From Lama guanicoe (taxonomy: Eukaryota), in NCBI GenBank assembly GCA_013239625.1, contig MU054187.1, positions 22,261,280-22,325,279 of the forward strand: 64,000 nt of DNA, read 5' to 3'. The notes beneath the pieces are model-generated. The model had not been told where the DNA came from. It searched no databases and saw nothing but the letters and a program-made list of their open reading frames with translations. Positions 25,601-38,780 of the stretch are shown here, in pieces. The first letter of the stretch is position 1; the number at the start of each line of letters is the position of its first letter. The translations under genes were made by a program, and so were the position numbers.

Positions 25601-26499
25601 ATAATAATAATTATGTGCAATACAGAGTTGTGAGCTTCACTGAAAACAGAACCAGCCACGTATTTTGTGAGGCCCAGAAATCAAATACAGGGTCCCTGTT
25701 ATAAAACGTTTAGTAATTTCAGGACAACAGCAGAGAATTAAGCTAAGCCCGGGGCCCTTCTAAGTGTGGAGCCCTGTGTGGCTGTACAAAAACCGCACAT
25801 CCATGAAACTGGCTGATCGAAAACATATGCACATATATATAGTAGGTAAATAAATCCACACATACAATATAGCCACATACATGTACGCAAGACTGTAGCT
25901 AACTTTACACGTTAGGGTCTAATCACCTGTGAAAGTCAGAAAAGTTTGCATAAAGGAGGTGATGCTCAGACTGAGGCTTGAAGGATGGGACCCTGGGAGG
26001 CAAATCCAGCAGAGAGAGCAGAAACACAGGCTTAGCCTGTCCCGCTGTTGGGTTGCCGATGCCACTTGACATCAGCAAGAGTAGTGTCTGAGGGTTAAGG
26101 GTGTTAAGGTAACAGATGCAGAAGAGCTGAGGATGCTGCAACAGTTCCCCTCTGAGTGGGAAGCGCACCGGGGCCAAGGCGGACCTGTTCTTGGCTTTGT
26201 CAACATTCTGGCTAGGCAGCAATCAGCCACCAGGGGGCATGACTGATCCCAGTTACCTGTTTTCCAAAGTACTGTTCCTTCCCCAGCAGATGGTTAGTGG
26301 AAGACGTGAGGCTGCCCCTTAACCTGGAGAGATCGAGATCCACGCTGGCACTGACCCAGATAACCACTTCCCTAGCTGTGTTTTATTTTATCTTGTTTAT
26401 TTTACTTTTTAAAATTGAAAATAAGGTACATGTGTGTATTTTTTAAAGAATTTTTATTTAAAATTTTATTTAGTGCTCATTATAAGCCAGCAATTTTAT

Positions 26500-26881
26500 T
26501 CATTCATTCATTCATTTACAGTATAGCTGGTTTACAATGATGTGTTAATTTCTGGTGCACAGCATAGTGATTCAGTTATACACATGTATACATACACGTT
26601 TCTTTTACTAATCTTTTTCATCATAGGCTATTATAAGGTATTCAGTAAAGTTCCCTGTGCTATACAGTGGGACCTTGTTGTTTATCTATTATATATATAA
26701 TAGTTAGTATCTGCAAATCCTAAACTCTGACTTTATCCCTTCACTACCACCCTCCCTGTAACCGTAAGTTTTATTTTCTATGTCTGCGAGTCTGTTTCTG
26801 TTTTGTAAATAAGTTCATTTGTGTCCTTTTTTTAGATTCCACATATAAGTGATATCAGGTGGTGTTTTTCTTTCTCTTTCC
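26500..26881 (-). mobile_element. Camelid-type L1 3'UTR inserted in a MIR
   Basis: Perfect 16-bp TSD AAGCCAGCAATTTTAT at 26484 and 26882. (ATTC)n-derived tail. MIR sequence resumes after 26897. Confidence 0.9.
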
Positions 26882-29149
26882 AAGCCAGCAATTTTATAAT
26901 TCCTTTACATGTATTAAATTTATTTAATTCTCACAACAATCCTATGAGGTGGTTTTTTAGAACTACGGAACAGAGATTTTATAAGTAAAGACTATACTTC
27001 AGTACCCATTTCCCAAAGCCTAGAGATAAACACTCATAAGTTTTACGCATACTTTCCCAAAATTTTTTCTACATGAAAAAATTTCATTTATCTATGCATA
27101 TATTTATATCTAAACCAACAAATATAAATATACATAGTTGGTTTTGTTTTTAGAACAGTGAGATATTATATATTGCCTACAATTTATCTTTTTTCATGTA
27201 ATCCATTAAGAATTTTCTACGTATGTGCATATAGATCTACCATTTTTAAAGCATACATGGTACCCCATTGTGTTGGATGTACCCTAATTTATTTAATCAT
27301 CCCCCTTCTGTCCATCTAGCTTGTTTCATTTCTTTGCTATTTCAAGTAATGCTGTAATAGACCTCATTGTTCATGTATGTTTGCTTTCTCACGCCAGAAT
27401 TTCTCTACCATAGATTTCCAGAAATGAAATTGCTTTGTCAACAGCCACACAGGTTCTAGATTTTCATCAGAAGAAATAAGAGTCTCCCAACTCTGTTATA
27501 ACCGGTGTTTTGAACATAGTGAGGATAAGATGCACTGGTCACTGTTCTGGACCAGGTGGAGAACAGGCTGTGATAGACACAGCACGTTTAACTAACGGGC
27601 GAGAAGAATCACTCCATTGGTGTTTTCCTGTGAATGTCTGCGATATTCACACACATGGCTGGAGAAGGGGCAGCGTTGGAGCAATCTCTCTAATGTTATT
27701 CTCCTCAGTGGAAAAGTATAGAAAAAGCAAGGAATAGGCAGCGATGACCCCTAGAAAAAGTGCCAGTCATCTCCTTCAGTTCTGTTTACCTGGTGAATAT
27801 CGGGATTAACATACTTGTATCAACACGGAAAAAAAATTTATTCAATGATTGAAAAAAAATCATCATTGTGTCCCTATTCTGTGCAAGTATGATTCAGGCC
27901 TCTTGGAGGCCACAAAAAATGTACCAAAGTCCCCTTCTTTAAGGGCATTACACCTAATAAAGATGGGTAAGAATTATCTGTAAATAATTACATTTGAAAT
28001 GAACATGTAAAATCACATGTACACAACTGAATAGGCAGAATAAGTGCTTGGAATCCAGGGTGAATGAATGAGCTAATTATTTCTCATGTCCACAATTGTG
28101 ATGGCCAATATGTATTGAAAATTAATTTCACACCTGGATAGATATAAATACAAAAATATGGAGAGAAAAAAATATTACTTCTAGCTGGAGACATTTTAAA
28201 AGCTTAATGATAAATGTGATGTTTGAACACGGCCCTCAAGGATGGAAGGGAAGGATTTCAGCTTTCAGCCGTTGGTGCAGAAGGGGTGATTTATACACTT
28301 CTAGAGATGAGTAGGGAACAAAGACATGTGTAGAAAAGGACAAATAAGTTTGAAGAATTTTTAATCCAAACAAATGGATTATACCAAGATTGTAGAGAAT
28401 CTTAACTACTAGAGAAAAGTTTTCTAAACATTCCAGAGCTACCAAGGGCTTGGGAAATACACAGTGATCAGCATTCTTGTTCTAAAATGTGCTATTATCA
28501 GCAATGCTGACTTCTGAGTAATTTTTCAGTATTTTTTTTTCCTAGAAGGAAAAAAAAAATAAGTGTGACAGCAAAATTAATTGCTTTTAAAAATTACTTT
28601 AATTTTCACTTCCTCTGTTTAAAACAGGAGAAATTTCAGAGAAGTAAGAAATATTACCCAACATGTCAAATTTCAAGAGGGAGCAGAATGTTTATGGAGA
28701 TATTCTAAATCTCAACAGTCTATTTAGCAGATCAGATTCAGTGGCAGGGCTGCCCCATCTGAGTATATGGAATTAGCACTGGATCGAATAAATCTGGCGT
28801 ATAGCAGGAATGTTTACCAGTGTACTCCAGGAAGACTTTCATTTGAAAATTAACACATTGCAAAATACTTCCAACATGACCATACTGTCCAGATCACAAT
28901 AAGTAACTGCTGTGCTTGTGAAGGGTGGATCAGCACCTTTCACTGAGGAGTTTCACTGAGGAATGAAATAACTTAAGGGTGCCTAATGTATTTCACACAC
29001 CACTCCCCTGTCCTTTCCGTGAACAATCACTCCTGATTATGCATCGTATGTCCCTGTTCCTGTATTTCCATATGTCCAAGTGTGACGTAAGAAACATATC
29101 CCAGTTCTGCTCACCTGAAACAGAATTGTTGTCACTGGGGACATTATAT

Positions 29150-29715
29150 TATGTGTTGCAGATGAAAGGATGCTGACCTCGATGGTTAGGTAGAAGGAAC
29201 TAGTCCTGATATCAGGATGTGGCCCCTGTGATGAACCCAAACCTCAGTCAAGATGCTCCGAGAATATGAGTCTCCAAGTTCATCAAGTGGCTTGTTATCC
29301 AGTCAAGCCCAGAGGTTGAATTCCAGGCTGAGTCTCGAAGAGCCTCCATCTTAACAAAGGGGTTCAGGCCTTTCTATATGTTACGATAAATGATTACCCA
29401 GCATGGTTTCCAAGATGCATGATTACATTCCCAAAGAGATAACGTTAAACTTCTTGAAGTTCAGGTTATCTCGAAGGAAGCATCACATAAGGTGAGGACC
29501 ACACAGGGTAATTCTAGGGTTACAAGATGCAGAACAGGATGGGAACAGGTGCTGTAAAAGGTATAAATCAGACTTGAGGGCCAACATCCCAACAGGTGTC
29601 CTGATCTATGGTCTTGAGGGTGTCCTGTCTTCTAACGACTGCACCACTCAGCTTCTGGTCTCCACACCACACCAGGGGTTAACCCCTCGTCTTCTTAGAG
29701 CAAAAGGTACATTTA
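29150..29715 (-). mobile_element. Probable LTR (ERV class), boundaries approximate
   Basis: Starts tgtgttgcagatg and ends ...aaaaggtaca. Antisense TATA-like cctttctatat near 29370. Confidence 0.4.
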
Positions 29716-29773
29716 GAAAGGATTCTACTCACTAGAACTAAGTGTAAAATTACAGGGATAGAGAAATTTCAGA

Positions 29774-30093
29774 CTTGAAACAGACTCAGAGACATAGAAT
29801 ACAGACTTGTGGTTGCCAGGGGGAGGTGGGGTGGGTAGGGACAGACTGGGAGTTTGAGATTTACAGATACTGACAGGTATATGCAGAATAGATAAACAAG
29901 TTAACACAGTATAGCACAGGGCAATACAGCCAAGATCTTGTAGTAGCTCATGGTGAAAAGGAACATGAAAGCGAATATATGTATATTCATGTATGACTGA
30001 AAAACTGTGCTGTGGCACCAGAAATTGACATAACATTGTAAACTGACTATAACTCATTAAAAAAAAAAAGAAAAATATATATACCAAAGAAAA
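29774..30093 (+). mobile_element. Camelid-type L1 3'UTR
   Basis: gaaacagactcagagacatagaa...aactgactataactcattaaaaaa. TSD AGAAATTTCAGA at 29762 and 30094. Confidence 0.9.
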
Positions 30094-30358
30094 AGAAATT
30101 TCAGAGTTAATGAACAAGTATAAACATGGCAGATTTTTTACACTAAAGATTATGTGGCTTATAATTTTCTCTTCCTCTTCCTCCAAGGTCCAGTTTACAG
30201 GAAACTATCTTCCTCTAAGGGTATATGACCCTCCGACTTTACTGGAGGCACTGTACTAATGTTTTCCTGTGTATTACTAATCTTGGTGCCAATCATTCAA
30301 AGTTGAATAGATATTTCTACTTAAGACCAAGGACATGGAGCTCTTGTTAAACTGGTTT

Positions 30359-30523
30359 TTAAATTGTTTTACTTAAAAAATATTTTTAGTAACTTCTTTT
30401 GGGGGGAGTGATAATTAGGCCTGTTTGTTTATTTACTTATTCATTAATGGAGGTACCAGGGATTGAACCCAGGACCTTGTGCTTACTAAGCATGCGCTCT
30501 ACCGCTGAGCTGCACCCACCCTC
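30359..30523 (-). mobile_element. Vic-1-type SINE
   Basis: Antisense tRNA-like head (gctctaccgctgagctgcaccc; gggattgaaccc). TSD TAAACTGGTTT at 30348 and 30524. Confidence 0.9.
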
Positions 30524-30639
30524 TAAACTGGTTTCTAAGTAACAGAGCTGGGCTTAGAATGAGGCTTATCCGTTTCAAAGCCTGGGCTCCTCTTACCATG
30601 ACAGTTTATGATGTACAAACTGTTTCTGCATGTTCAAAT

Positions 30640-31220
30640 TAAAATGTGCATAATGAGCCCCACTTTAGAGATAAATTCATTTGATGAATTTTAACAGATG
30701 TATATACATCGATGAAACCACCACCGCAATAAAGAAAGCTGACATTTCCATCACGCCCCAAGAGGTGCAAACTTTAAACTCCCAATTTATCCCTTCCCAC
30801 CCCCTTTACCCCCTGGTGTAACCATTTGTTCTCTATGTCTGTGAGTCTGTTTCTGTTTTGTTCATTTGTGTCCTTTTTTTTTCAGATTCCACATATAAGC
30901 AATATCATATGGTATTTTTATTTCTCTTTCTGCCTTCCTTCACTTAGAATAATAATCTCTAGGTCCATCCATGTTGCTACAAATGACATTATTTCATTCC
31001 GTCTTATGGCTGAGTAGTATTCCACTGTACCTATATACCCTAACTTCTTTATCTAGCCATCTGTCGATGGACAGTTAGGTTGCTTCCATGTCTTGGCTAT
31101 TGTAAATAGTGCTGCTGTGAACATTGGGATGCATGTGTCTTTCCGAATTATATTTTTCTCCGATACATGCCCAGGAGTGGGCTTGCTGGATCATATGGTA
31201 AGTTGAGTTTTCATTTTTGA
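30640..31220 (-). mobile_element. Chimeric L1 3' unit, copy 1
   Basis: L1M-type terminus joined at aagagg|tgcaa (30765/30766) to a camelid-type L1 3'UTR and ORF2 end. Confidence 0.8.
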
Positions 31221-31289
31221 TTGGGGGTGTGTTGAAGGAGCACACAGGAGCCAACTGCAGGAGCTCCCATTGGTCAAAGCTGCCACAAT

Positions 31290-33262
31290 CTGAGCAATAA
31301 AATAAAGGACGCTGTGCGGAATTATCACCCAGAGAGTAAAATAAATATTCATGAGACCATCCTGGTTTAAATAAATGATTGGATAACTTAATAAATGAGG
31401 GAGAAGAGACAATGCTCCCTTGCAGAATAAGTTGTGTAGATACTCCATCCTCAAGGAGGGGAACCATACTTCCCACTTCTTAAATGTAGGCTGCCCATGG
31501 GGACTTCCTTCCAAAGAGTATATGGAAAGCGGGAGCTGTGGAGACCGCTGGCTAACACTCCCTCAGCCAGGTGATCAAGGTCAACACAGTCAAATTATGC
31601 TAATACTACGTCCCTTTGATATGATGTGATGGGAATGGCTCCTTCTGCTACTTCCTGGCTTGTGGATGTGCAGAACCAGTCTGCCGAGGCAAGTGGGGTG
31701 GGGGCTGGGGTGGGCACAGAGATTTCTCCAAATCCCTGGATTTCATGCTTCCAGCTCTTCTTTCTGCATCCTTTAAGATTCCCCAACTCCCCAGATCCTT
31801 TAAGACTCTCTCCCTCACTCCTGGTGCTGTGCATAATGAGTCCCAGAAGGAGAGGCAAAAAGGGGAAAGGCTAAAAAATATTCAAAGAAATAATGACTGA
31901 AAATTGTCCAAAGTTGGCAAAAGACACAAACCTACTGATTCAAGAAGCTAAATGAACCCCAAACAAGAAAAACCCAATGGGATACAAGCCAAGACACATC
32001 TTAATCAAACTTCTGAAAGACAAAGACAAAAATACCTTGAAGGTGTGACACCTGTTGGGGGAAAAGCAGTATGAAATATAGTGGATTTCTCATTAGAAAC
32101 CACGGCGTTCAGAAGGAAAGGGTGTAGCTTTTTTTTTTTTAATGCTGAAAGGAAAGAAATGCCAACCCAGAATTCTACATACAATGAAGGTATCTTTCAG
32201 GAATGAAAGGGAACTCAAAACAGTCTCAGATGAATGAAAACTAAGCATTTATTGCCCAGAGACCTACCCTAAAAGAATGACTAAACCAAGTTCTTGAAAC
32301 AGAAAAGGAAAGAAGGACTCTTGAAACAACAGGGAAGAACAACAAAAAGGGGGGAAAGATGGGTAATTACAATAGACTTTATCATCTTAATTTTCTAAGT
32401 TATATTTGACAGTTGAGGCAAAAATTATTACTTGTCTGATGTGGTTCTCACTGTATGCAGAGAAAATATTTAAGACAGTTCTATTATAAATAAGGAAGGT
32501 AAGGAGGCTGTAAAAGAGGTGAGATTTGCACACTCCACTAAAAGCAGTACAGCTACTCTGGCAAATAGTTTGACAGTTTCTTGAAAACTAAACATCCCCT
32601 TACCATATGACTTAGAAGTTGCACTTTTAGGCATTTATCCCAGGTAAATCAAAACTTACATCCACATAGAAACTGACATACATGTGTCCATAACAGCTAT
32701 TATTAATAATAGCCAAAAACTGGGGGGGAACCCCAAATCCCTTCCATAGGGGAGTGGTTAAACAGATACACACATCCTATGGAATACTACTCACCAATAA
32801 AAAGGGGCAGACTATTTACATGTAACAACATGTATGTACTACATGTATCTCAAGGGAACTAAGTTGAATTAAAGTAGCCAATCTCAAAATGTCACATAAT
32901 ATACAATTCCAGTTATATATTATTCACACAAAAAAAGCAAAGTTATAGAGAGAAAGAACAGATTAGTGTTTGTCAGAGGTTGGGAGATGGGTGTGACTAT
33001 GAAGAGGTAGTACACAGATCTTTGGGAGATACAATAGTCCTGTATCTTGACCCTGGGGGTGGTTATGCAAATCTCCATGTGGGATAAACTAACAAACCAC
33101 ACACTCACAGACTACCAGTGTCAGTTGTCTAGTTCTAATTTTGACCCTGACTATGTAGGTGTAGCCTCCAGTGGAAACTGGGTGAAGAATACACAGGATT
33201 CTCTGTACTGTCTTTGCAGCTTCCTGCAAATCTATCATTATCTCAAGATAAAAAGCTTTAAA
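31290..33262 (+). mobile_element. Older L1 fragments (ORF1 remnant ~31840-32300 and 3' end)
   Basis: aaaatattcaaagaaataatgactgaaaa...ccaagacacatcttaatcaaac (ORF1-like). atggaatactactca near 32780. L1M-type end near 33250. Confidence 0.75.
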
Positions 33263-33557
33263 AATGTAGACCATATTGTTGTGCCCACATAATAGAAATA
33301 GTAATAATAACTCACATAAAATTTCTTACATTTGAAGCCTGTGATCACAAGAAATGAAAACAAATTTATATTTAATTATGTGTATATAGCGTTAAAGAGG
33401 GGCATGAAAGACTTTCAACATAAAGACATAAATGCTACATTAGGGTAAAATTTCATCAGAGAATCAGAATGGAAATCACATTTCCAGGAAAAATTAAAAA
33501 AAAAAAGAGGAACAACACAGTTTCCTTCTGTTTATGTATTTGTAATTGAATAGGGGG

Positions 33558-33930
33558 GTATCTTAGTGAATTTGGGCTTCTGTTCCTAAATGCCACAGAC
33601 TGAGTGGCTTAAACAACAAGAATTTGTTCCTTACGGTTTTGGAGGCATGGGGTCCACAACCAAGGTGCCACCCAAGTTGGTCCCCTGCTGAAGGCTCTCT
33701 TCCTCACTTGCAGATGGCTGCCTTCTCACTGGGTCCTCACCTGGCAGAGGGACAGAGCAAGCTCTCTGGAATCTGTTCCTGTGGGGACACTAATCTCATC
33801 ATGAGGGCCCCACCCTCATGACCTCACTTGAACCTAATTAATAGCCCCAAAGTCCCATCTTTATATTGCATTGCCTTGGGGGTTAGGGCTTCAACATGAA
33901 TTTTAGGGGGACAAAATTCAGCCTCTAGCA
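33558..33930 (-). mobile_element. MaLR (MLT1-type) solo LTR
   Basis: cacagactgagtggcttaaacaac...cactaatctcatcatgagggccccaccctcatgacc...ggttagggcttcaaca...aattcagcctctagca. Confidence 0.85.
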
Positions 33931-34346
33931 AGTGGGTATCCAGATACTTCATTGGATCATTTAATTTGAGTGATTTCACAGTTTCATTTTAAATACTGGT
34001 GTTCACAATACACCGGAAATGTCTTTGCAGTATTTAAACTTACAATAAAAATTTTCACATGTCAACTTAAAATATCTGAGCTAGTACACAGGTTCAGCAA
34101 TTGTTTTATGGTGTTCCGGGGCAACACTCTTCACACTTACTGCCTCAGCCCACCTAGGAGCTCACTTCCTTAGAAAACTGTTGTAGTAGATTTCCCCCAC
34201 CCCTTGCCTTACAGCCCAGTCTTTGTCTCTCTGTTCCTGAATCAATCCAAGCTTGACACTTTTCATGGAAATTTCCCAACTGTGCAGGTGCTTTATTATG
34301 CATACATTCTGATCAGTGACTTCTTTTGCTCTAAACCATCAATAAG

Positions 34347-34501
34347 GCAGGAGGGTGTAGCTCAAGTGGTAGAGCACGTGCTTAGTACCCAGGAGGTCCT
34401 GGGTTCAATCCCTGGTACCTCCATTAAGAAACAAACAAATAAACCTAGTCCCCCCCCAAGAAAAAAAAACTTTAATGAAAAAATTTAAAAAATAAAATAA
34501 T
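34347..34501 (+). mobile_element. Vic-1-type SINE
   Basis: gagggtgtagctcaagtggtagagc...gggttcaatccc (A and B boxes) plus an aaacct...ccccc tail. TSD CCATCAATAAG at 34336 and 34502. Confidence 0.92.
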
Positions 34502-34670
34502 CCATCAATAAGACTCTGTTTTAGATCTTCTAGAAATGTATTGAAATCTCTGTTTCCCTCATGTCACTCTATAGATGAATATTTTCCTTTTCATATACCT
34601 TGAATATGAATCTGGTTTGGGAGGGCCCAATAGTGCATGGATAGGTTCAGTCCAAAATCTGACTAGAAGT

Positions 34671-34940
34671 TGTGTGTATAGCTCAGTGGTAAAGACTGCT
34701 TAGCAGGTGCAAGGTTCTGGGTTCAATCCCCACTACCTCCATAAAAATAAAAATATATATACTTTTAAAAATTCACCTTTTTGGGGGCAGGTGTAGCTCA
34801 GTGGTAGCACCCATGCTTAGCATGCACGAAGTCCTGGGTTCAATCCTCAGTCCCTCCATTAAAAAATAAATAAGTAAATAAACCTAATTGTCCCCCCACC
34901 CCCCCAAAAAACAAAACTAAGTGGCCTTTACGGCTCATCT
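34671..34940 (+). mobile_element. Two tandem Vic-1-type SINEs (34671-34765 and 34783-34920)
   Basis: Two tagctcagtggta...gggttcaatcc heads. CAAAATCTGAC flanks the pair at 34653 and 34941. Confidence 0.85.
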
Positions 34941-37154
34941 CAAAATCTGACCAGAGAAGTCTGAAAGGATTTGTAACAATCTTCTGGCTTTCACCTGTGT
35001 CCACCACCATAGTAGCTGTGTCTTCAAAGAGAACTTGACGCCTTTCTTCTGAACTTACTTTAACTTCACCTAAACCATGTTCTTAGAAGACCTCTGTCTC
35101 TCTCTGACCGTCTCAGGCCAGAGTGCTTGGGGAATGGCAGTCATTTCTCAGCTGTTGCCAATGACACTTAAGTACTTAAAATCCTTATCCATAGGACAGT
35201 TCCTCTAACTCACAGTACTATGGCTCCACATTATCTGATCCTTCAGCGACTGTCACGTTGGCCCAGAGTGTGATATTATTATACAGGAAACGCACTCTAG
35301 TTAGTTTCAAGATCCTTAAAGCTTGGGAGCAGAAGAAAACGAGCAGCATTAAGTCCAAAAGGAAGCGTTAAAGATCTTCGGGCTGGAGCTGTTTCGTCAG
35401 AATCCAGCATGGAGCCCGGGCCTGGGCTTCGCGGTCCCAGCTCGGCCCCTTTCCATTGGTGTGGCCTCGGACATGGCATGGAACCCCTCAAAGCCTCCAT
35501 TTCTTACGTGCAAAGTGGTGGTCATAGTGGTCCTTACAGCCCTGAACTGTGGGGAGGCCCGAGTGGGAACGAGTGTGTAACGCCTGGCACATTCAAGCAG
35601 TGTTTGCATTTTTTTAAATTATTATTTTTTTACAATCTAAAATTTTTGAAATCAAGCCATTTATGCTCGCAGTTTTCGATGGCTTGGTGGTTTTCACAGG
35701 TGCCATTATCAGAGTTAAATATCAGAGAAGTAAGTATTTATAAGGGGTTATAAGTGAGGTCGTGTGTCTAGACCATGAGTACGAGAAAAATTACCCCAAC
35801 TGAGTGGGCACTAGTCCTGGCTCTGTTACTACTAATAAGCACAATTACTTAAAACACGAAGCATTTGAACCGGGTGAACACCCAGATGTCTTGAAGCTCA
35901 AATAATACTCAAGCAACATCCGTGGGGATCGCATTCCTCACCACCGGAGGCGTGGCCCTGGAGTTCTAGCAAGATTACAGTCTGGAGAGAGTAAACTGTC
36001 TTCTGGGCACGTTGGCCTGCTGCCCCGCCCTGCCAAAGAAGGGTAATTATATACCTGGTGCCTGTGTGATGGAGATGAGCGAGGGGATGGGAAAGGGGCC
36101 CCTCTCCCCGGCCATGGGCCACGTCCTGAGTTCGCACCTCATTTCCTGAACAAAATGGTGAGAATTGCTGGTGTGGTCCCAGCCTAGAAACTCAAAGGGC
36201 ACTCAGATAACAAGCTGAAATAAAACAGAATTCAATCTCTGTAGCCCTTGCTCTGGGCAAGATAGGACCTAGCCCCTCTATTAGTTCAAAAAAAAAAAAA
36301 AGCACTCACACACACACACGTGACATCCACACGCACGTTGTCCAGGCTTGACTGTTTCGTGGGGGCTGACTTCTCACAGCCTTGACCCTGGCTGCCTGTT
36401 GACATTTGTATGGCAGCCCTCTGCAGATTGGAACTGTTGAAGGCTCATATGCTTTCATGTTACAGGGGTGCTGTGGGGGACAATGAAAATATCTGGAGTC
36501 TGCTAAGGATTATTAAAGGCTGGTAATTCCCCTCTCAGGTAATAGCTTTTGAGCCATAAAGGGACAGTTAAATAAGCATGTCCCTTTTAATATCATTTTC
36601 AAGAGATAAAAAGGATTCTAAACTTCCCTAATGTCTAAATTTGGTCCTGCTGTTTGGGGGGTGAAGCAACTTTACAGTCATGCGCTTTGTATAAAGGGAT
36701 CATTGCCTGCTTCCAAGCTTCTTTGGATAAAACTTTTCCCTGGGGTAAACTGTGGAAGCTCCACCGTGAAGGGGACTTTTGCCGCGGGAAATGCGTTCTT
36801 CCAGGGGAAGTTGGACACCGGACTCCAGTGACATGCTGCTGAGTGACTAGGCTCATCTCCATCCAGTGAGAGGCGCTCCTTTCCAGCCTGGATTGTGTGG
36901 TGGTTGAGTGCCCATCACTGTCCAACCTGGAGGACTCTGTCCCACGGATCGGCGGTCCCTCCCCTCTGCTGACCCGCCACCTTGGGCTCTCAGCTGCCTC
37001 TCTCCCCTCAGCCCTTAAGCATACTCTCTTCTCTCCCATCTGAATAAAACAAACCCCCAAACTTAAAGTTCAGAGCTCCTTTGGCCCCCAGGTCACCATA
37101 TAGTTACCTTCCCCTTCCTTGTAGTTCGTTTTTTTTTTTAAATGGAGAATTTTT

Positions 37155-37365
37155 TTTTTCCTCCGTTCTTTTTTGGGGGGGAGGGGGCATTCCTTTTTAC
37201 TGAAGTGCAGTCAGTTTACACTGTGGTGTCAGTTTCTGGTGTACAGCATAATGTTGCAGTCCTACATGTACATACATACGTTCTTTTTCATATTCTTTTT
37301 CATTATAGGTTACTACAAGATATTGAATATTGTTCCGTGTGCTATCCAGAAGAAACCTGTTGTTT
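37155..37365 (-). mobile_element. Short L1 3' end inserted at the tail of a SINE
   Basis: tgaagtgcagtcagtttaca...gaaacctgttgttt. Perfect TSD AATGGAGAATTTTT at 37141 and 37366. Confidence 0.9.
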
Positions 37366-37375
37366 AATGGAGAAT

Positions 37376-37450
37376 TTTTAATGGAGGATTTACTGGGGCT
37401 TGAACCCAGGACCTCCTGCATGCACTCTACCACTGAGCTATACCCTCCCC
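37376..37450 (-). mobile_element. Vic-1-type SINE head, followed by a poly-C tract to ~37477
   Basis: ggggcttgaacccaggacctc...ctctaccactgagctataccctcccc. Confidence 0.85.
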
Positions 37451-37499
37451 CCCCCCCCCCCCCCTCCCCCCCCCCCCGCTCCCCTCTCCCCCTTCTTTT

Positions 37500-38780
37500 T
37501 CTTCCCTCCATTCTCACTCATTTTAAACACACAGTGGTTGGGTTCCTGCCTCCTCCCCTTTCCCTTCCATGAGCGCACTCCACGGAATGTGTTTCCACCG
37601 TGTCCTCAGATGGCCTCTGCATTGCTGCATCCTATGAACACTACTTCAGAGTCTGTCTTGACTTTCTTGTGTCCTTTGATGCTCTACATACTTCTTCCTA
37701 AAACTTCCTAGAATCCTCTCCCCTGGTTTTCCCCCTTCCTTCTGGTCATCCCTTCTCAGCTGCCAGCAAGGCCTTTACTTGTTGGGGCTCCCCAGAGTTC
37801 TCAGGACAGAACTCTTTACATACGCTCTGGGATGTGGTCCCAAGCAGTCCCAAGATGTCTGCTTCCACTTTCAAGCTAGTCTCCCCAGATCCCCTAAATG
37901 TCTCTGGTACACCGCTGTCTTCAGGACTCAGACGTCTGAGGTCTGCTTGGCATCACCTCCCAGGCATCTCAGCTCCTTCTGTCCAAAACATCTGCTCCCA
38001 TTACAACCTGCTCTTCCTTCAGTGCCCTCCACTCAAGAAATGGCGCCAGCATCTAACTGTTAACCTAGAAACCACGTGTCCCATCCCTGACAAGTGAACC
38101 CAGCACAATATGAGGGTTAAGAGAAAGACTCCAGAAGCAGACTGAGTTGGAGTCCCAGCTCTCTCATTTGTTAGCTGTGTCATTATGGGTGAGATTTTTA
38201 CCTTTCTGGGCCCCTGGTTCCTCATCTGTAAAGTGGAGATAAGAACACTGTTACCATCGCAGTATTATTATCATGATTAAATAAGATGACTTTTGTAAAG
38301 CACCGCAGCGTATATCTCCTGTTTTAATGCACACTCCCTCTACGTAGACTGTAACTGCCCCCTCTGCTTAAAGGCATTCAGTGTCTCCCACCGCCCTCAA
38401 CATCCAGCTTCCTCTTTCAGGACTTCGCACGCGGAGCCTCGGCCCCGCCTCCAGAGACCAGCCTCAGGCGGAAAAGCGCCCTCACCCCTCGCCGGCTCAG
38501 CTCTGGGCTGCTCCCCCTCCCGCCTGGAAGCGCGCCTCCCCCTAGCTCCCGGCCCACTTCGCCTGGGCAGCTCGCGCTTGCTGTGCAGGTTGCAGCTGGA
38601 GCGTCCCTCCCGAGGAGGCCTGGTCCCAGACTGGCTTCCTGCGCAGCTCTGACTCCCACGCCGCCCTGTAATTTCCTTTCACAGCCTGTGTGCTTCCCTG
38701 CCGTTTCGTGCCGTGGGTTCTTTGTGCAGTACCTCCCCGACACTGTGTTCCCTGTGAAGGAAGTGTCTGTGTCTCTCTCA
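37500..38780. mobile_element. L2-like remnant interrupted by a MIR
   Basis: Pyrimidine-rich degenerate L2-style motifs (cccaagatgtctgcttccac; caggcatctcagctcc; cctctgcttaaaggcattcagtg). Confidence 0.5.

Noticed and set aside
29725..30186. 153-aa minus-strand ORF
   Set aside because: Antisense reading of an L1 3'UTR and its A tail.
34347..34860. tRNA-like sequences with A and B boxes (also at 9400, 30359, 39079, 48590, 60688)
   Set aside because: They have A-rich tails, TSDs and degenerate stems, so they are tRNA-derived SINEs and not tRNA genes.
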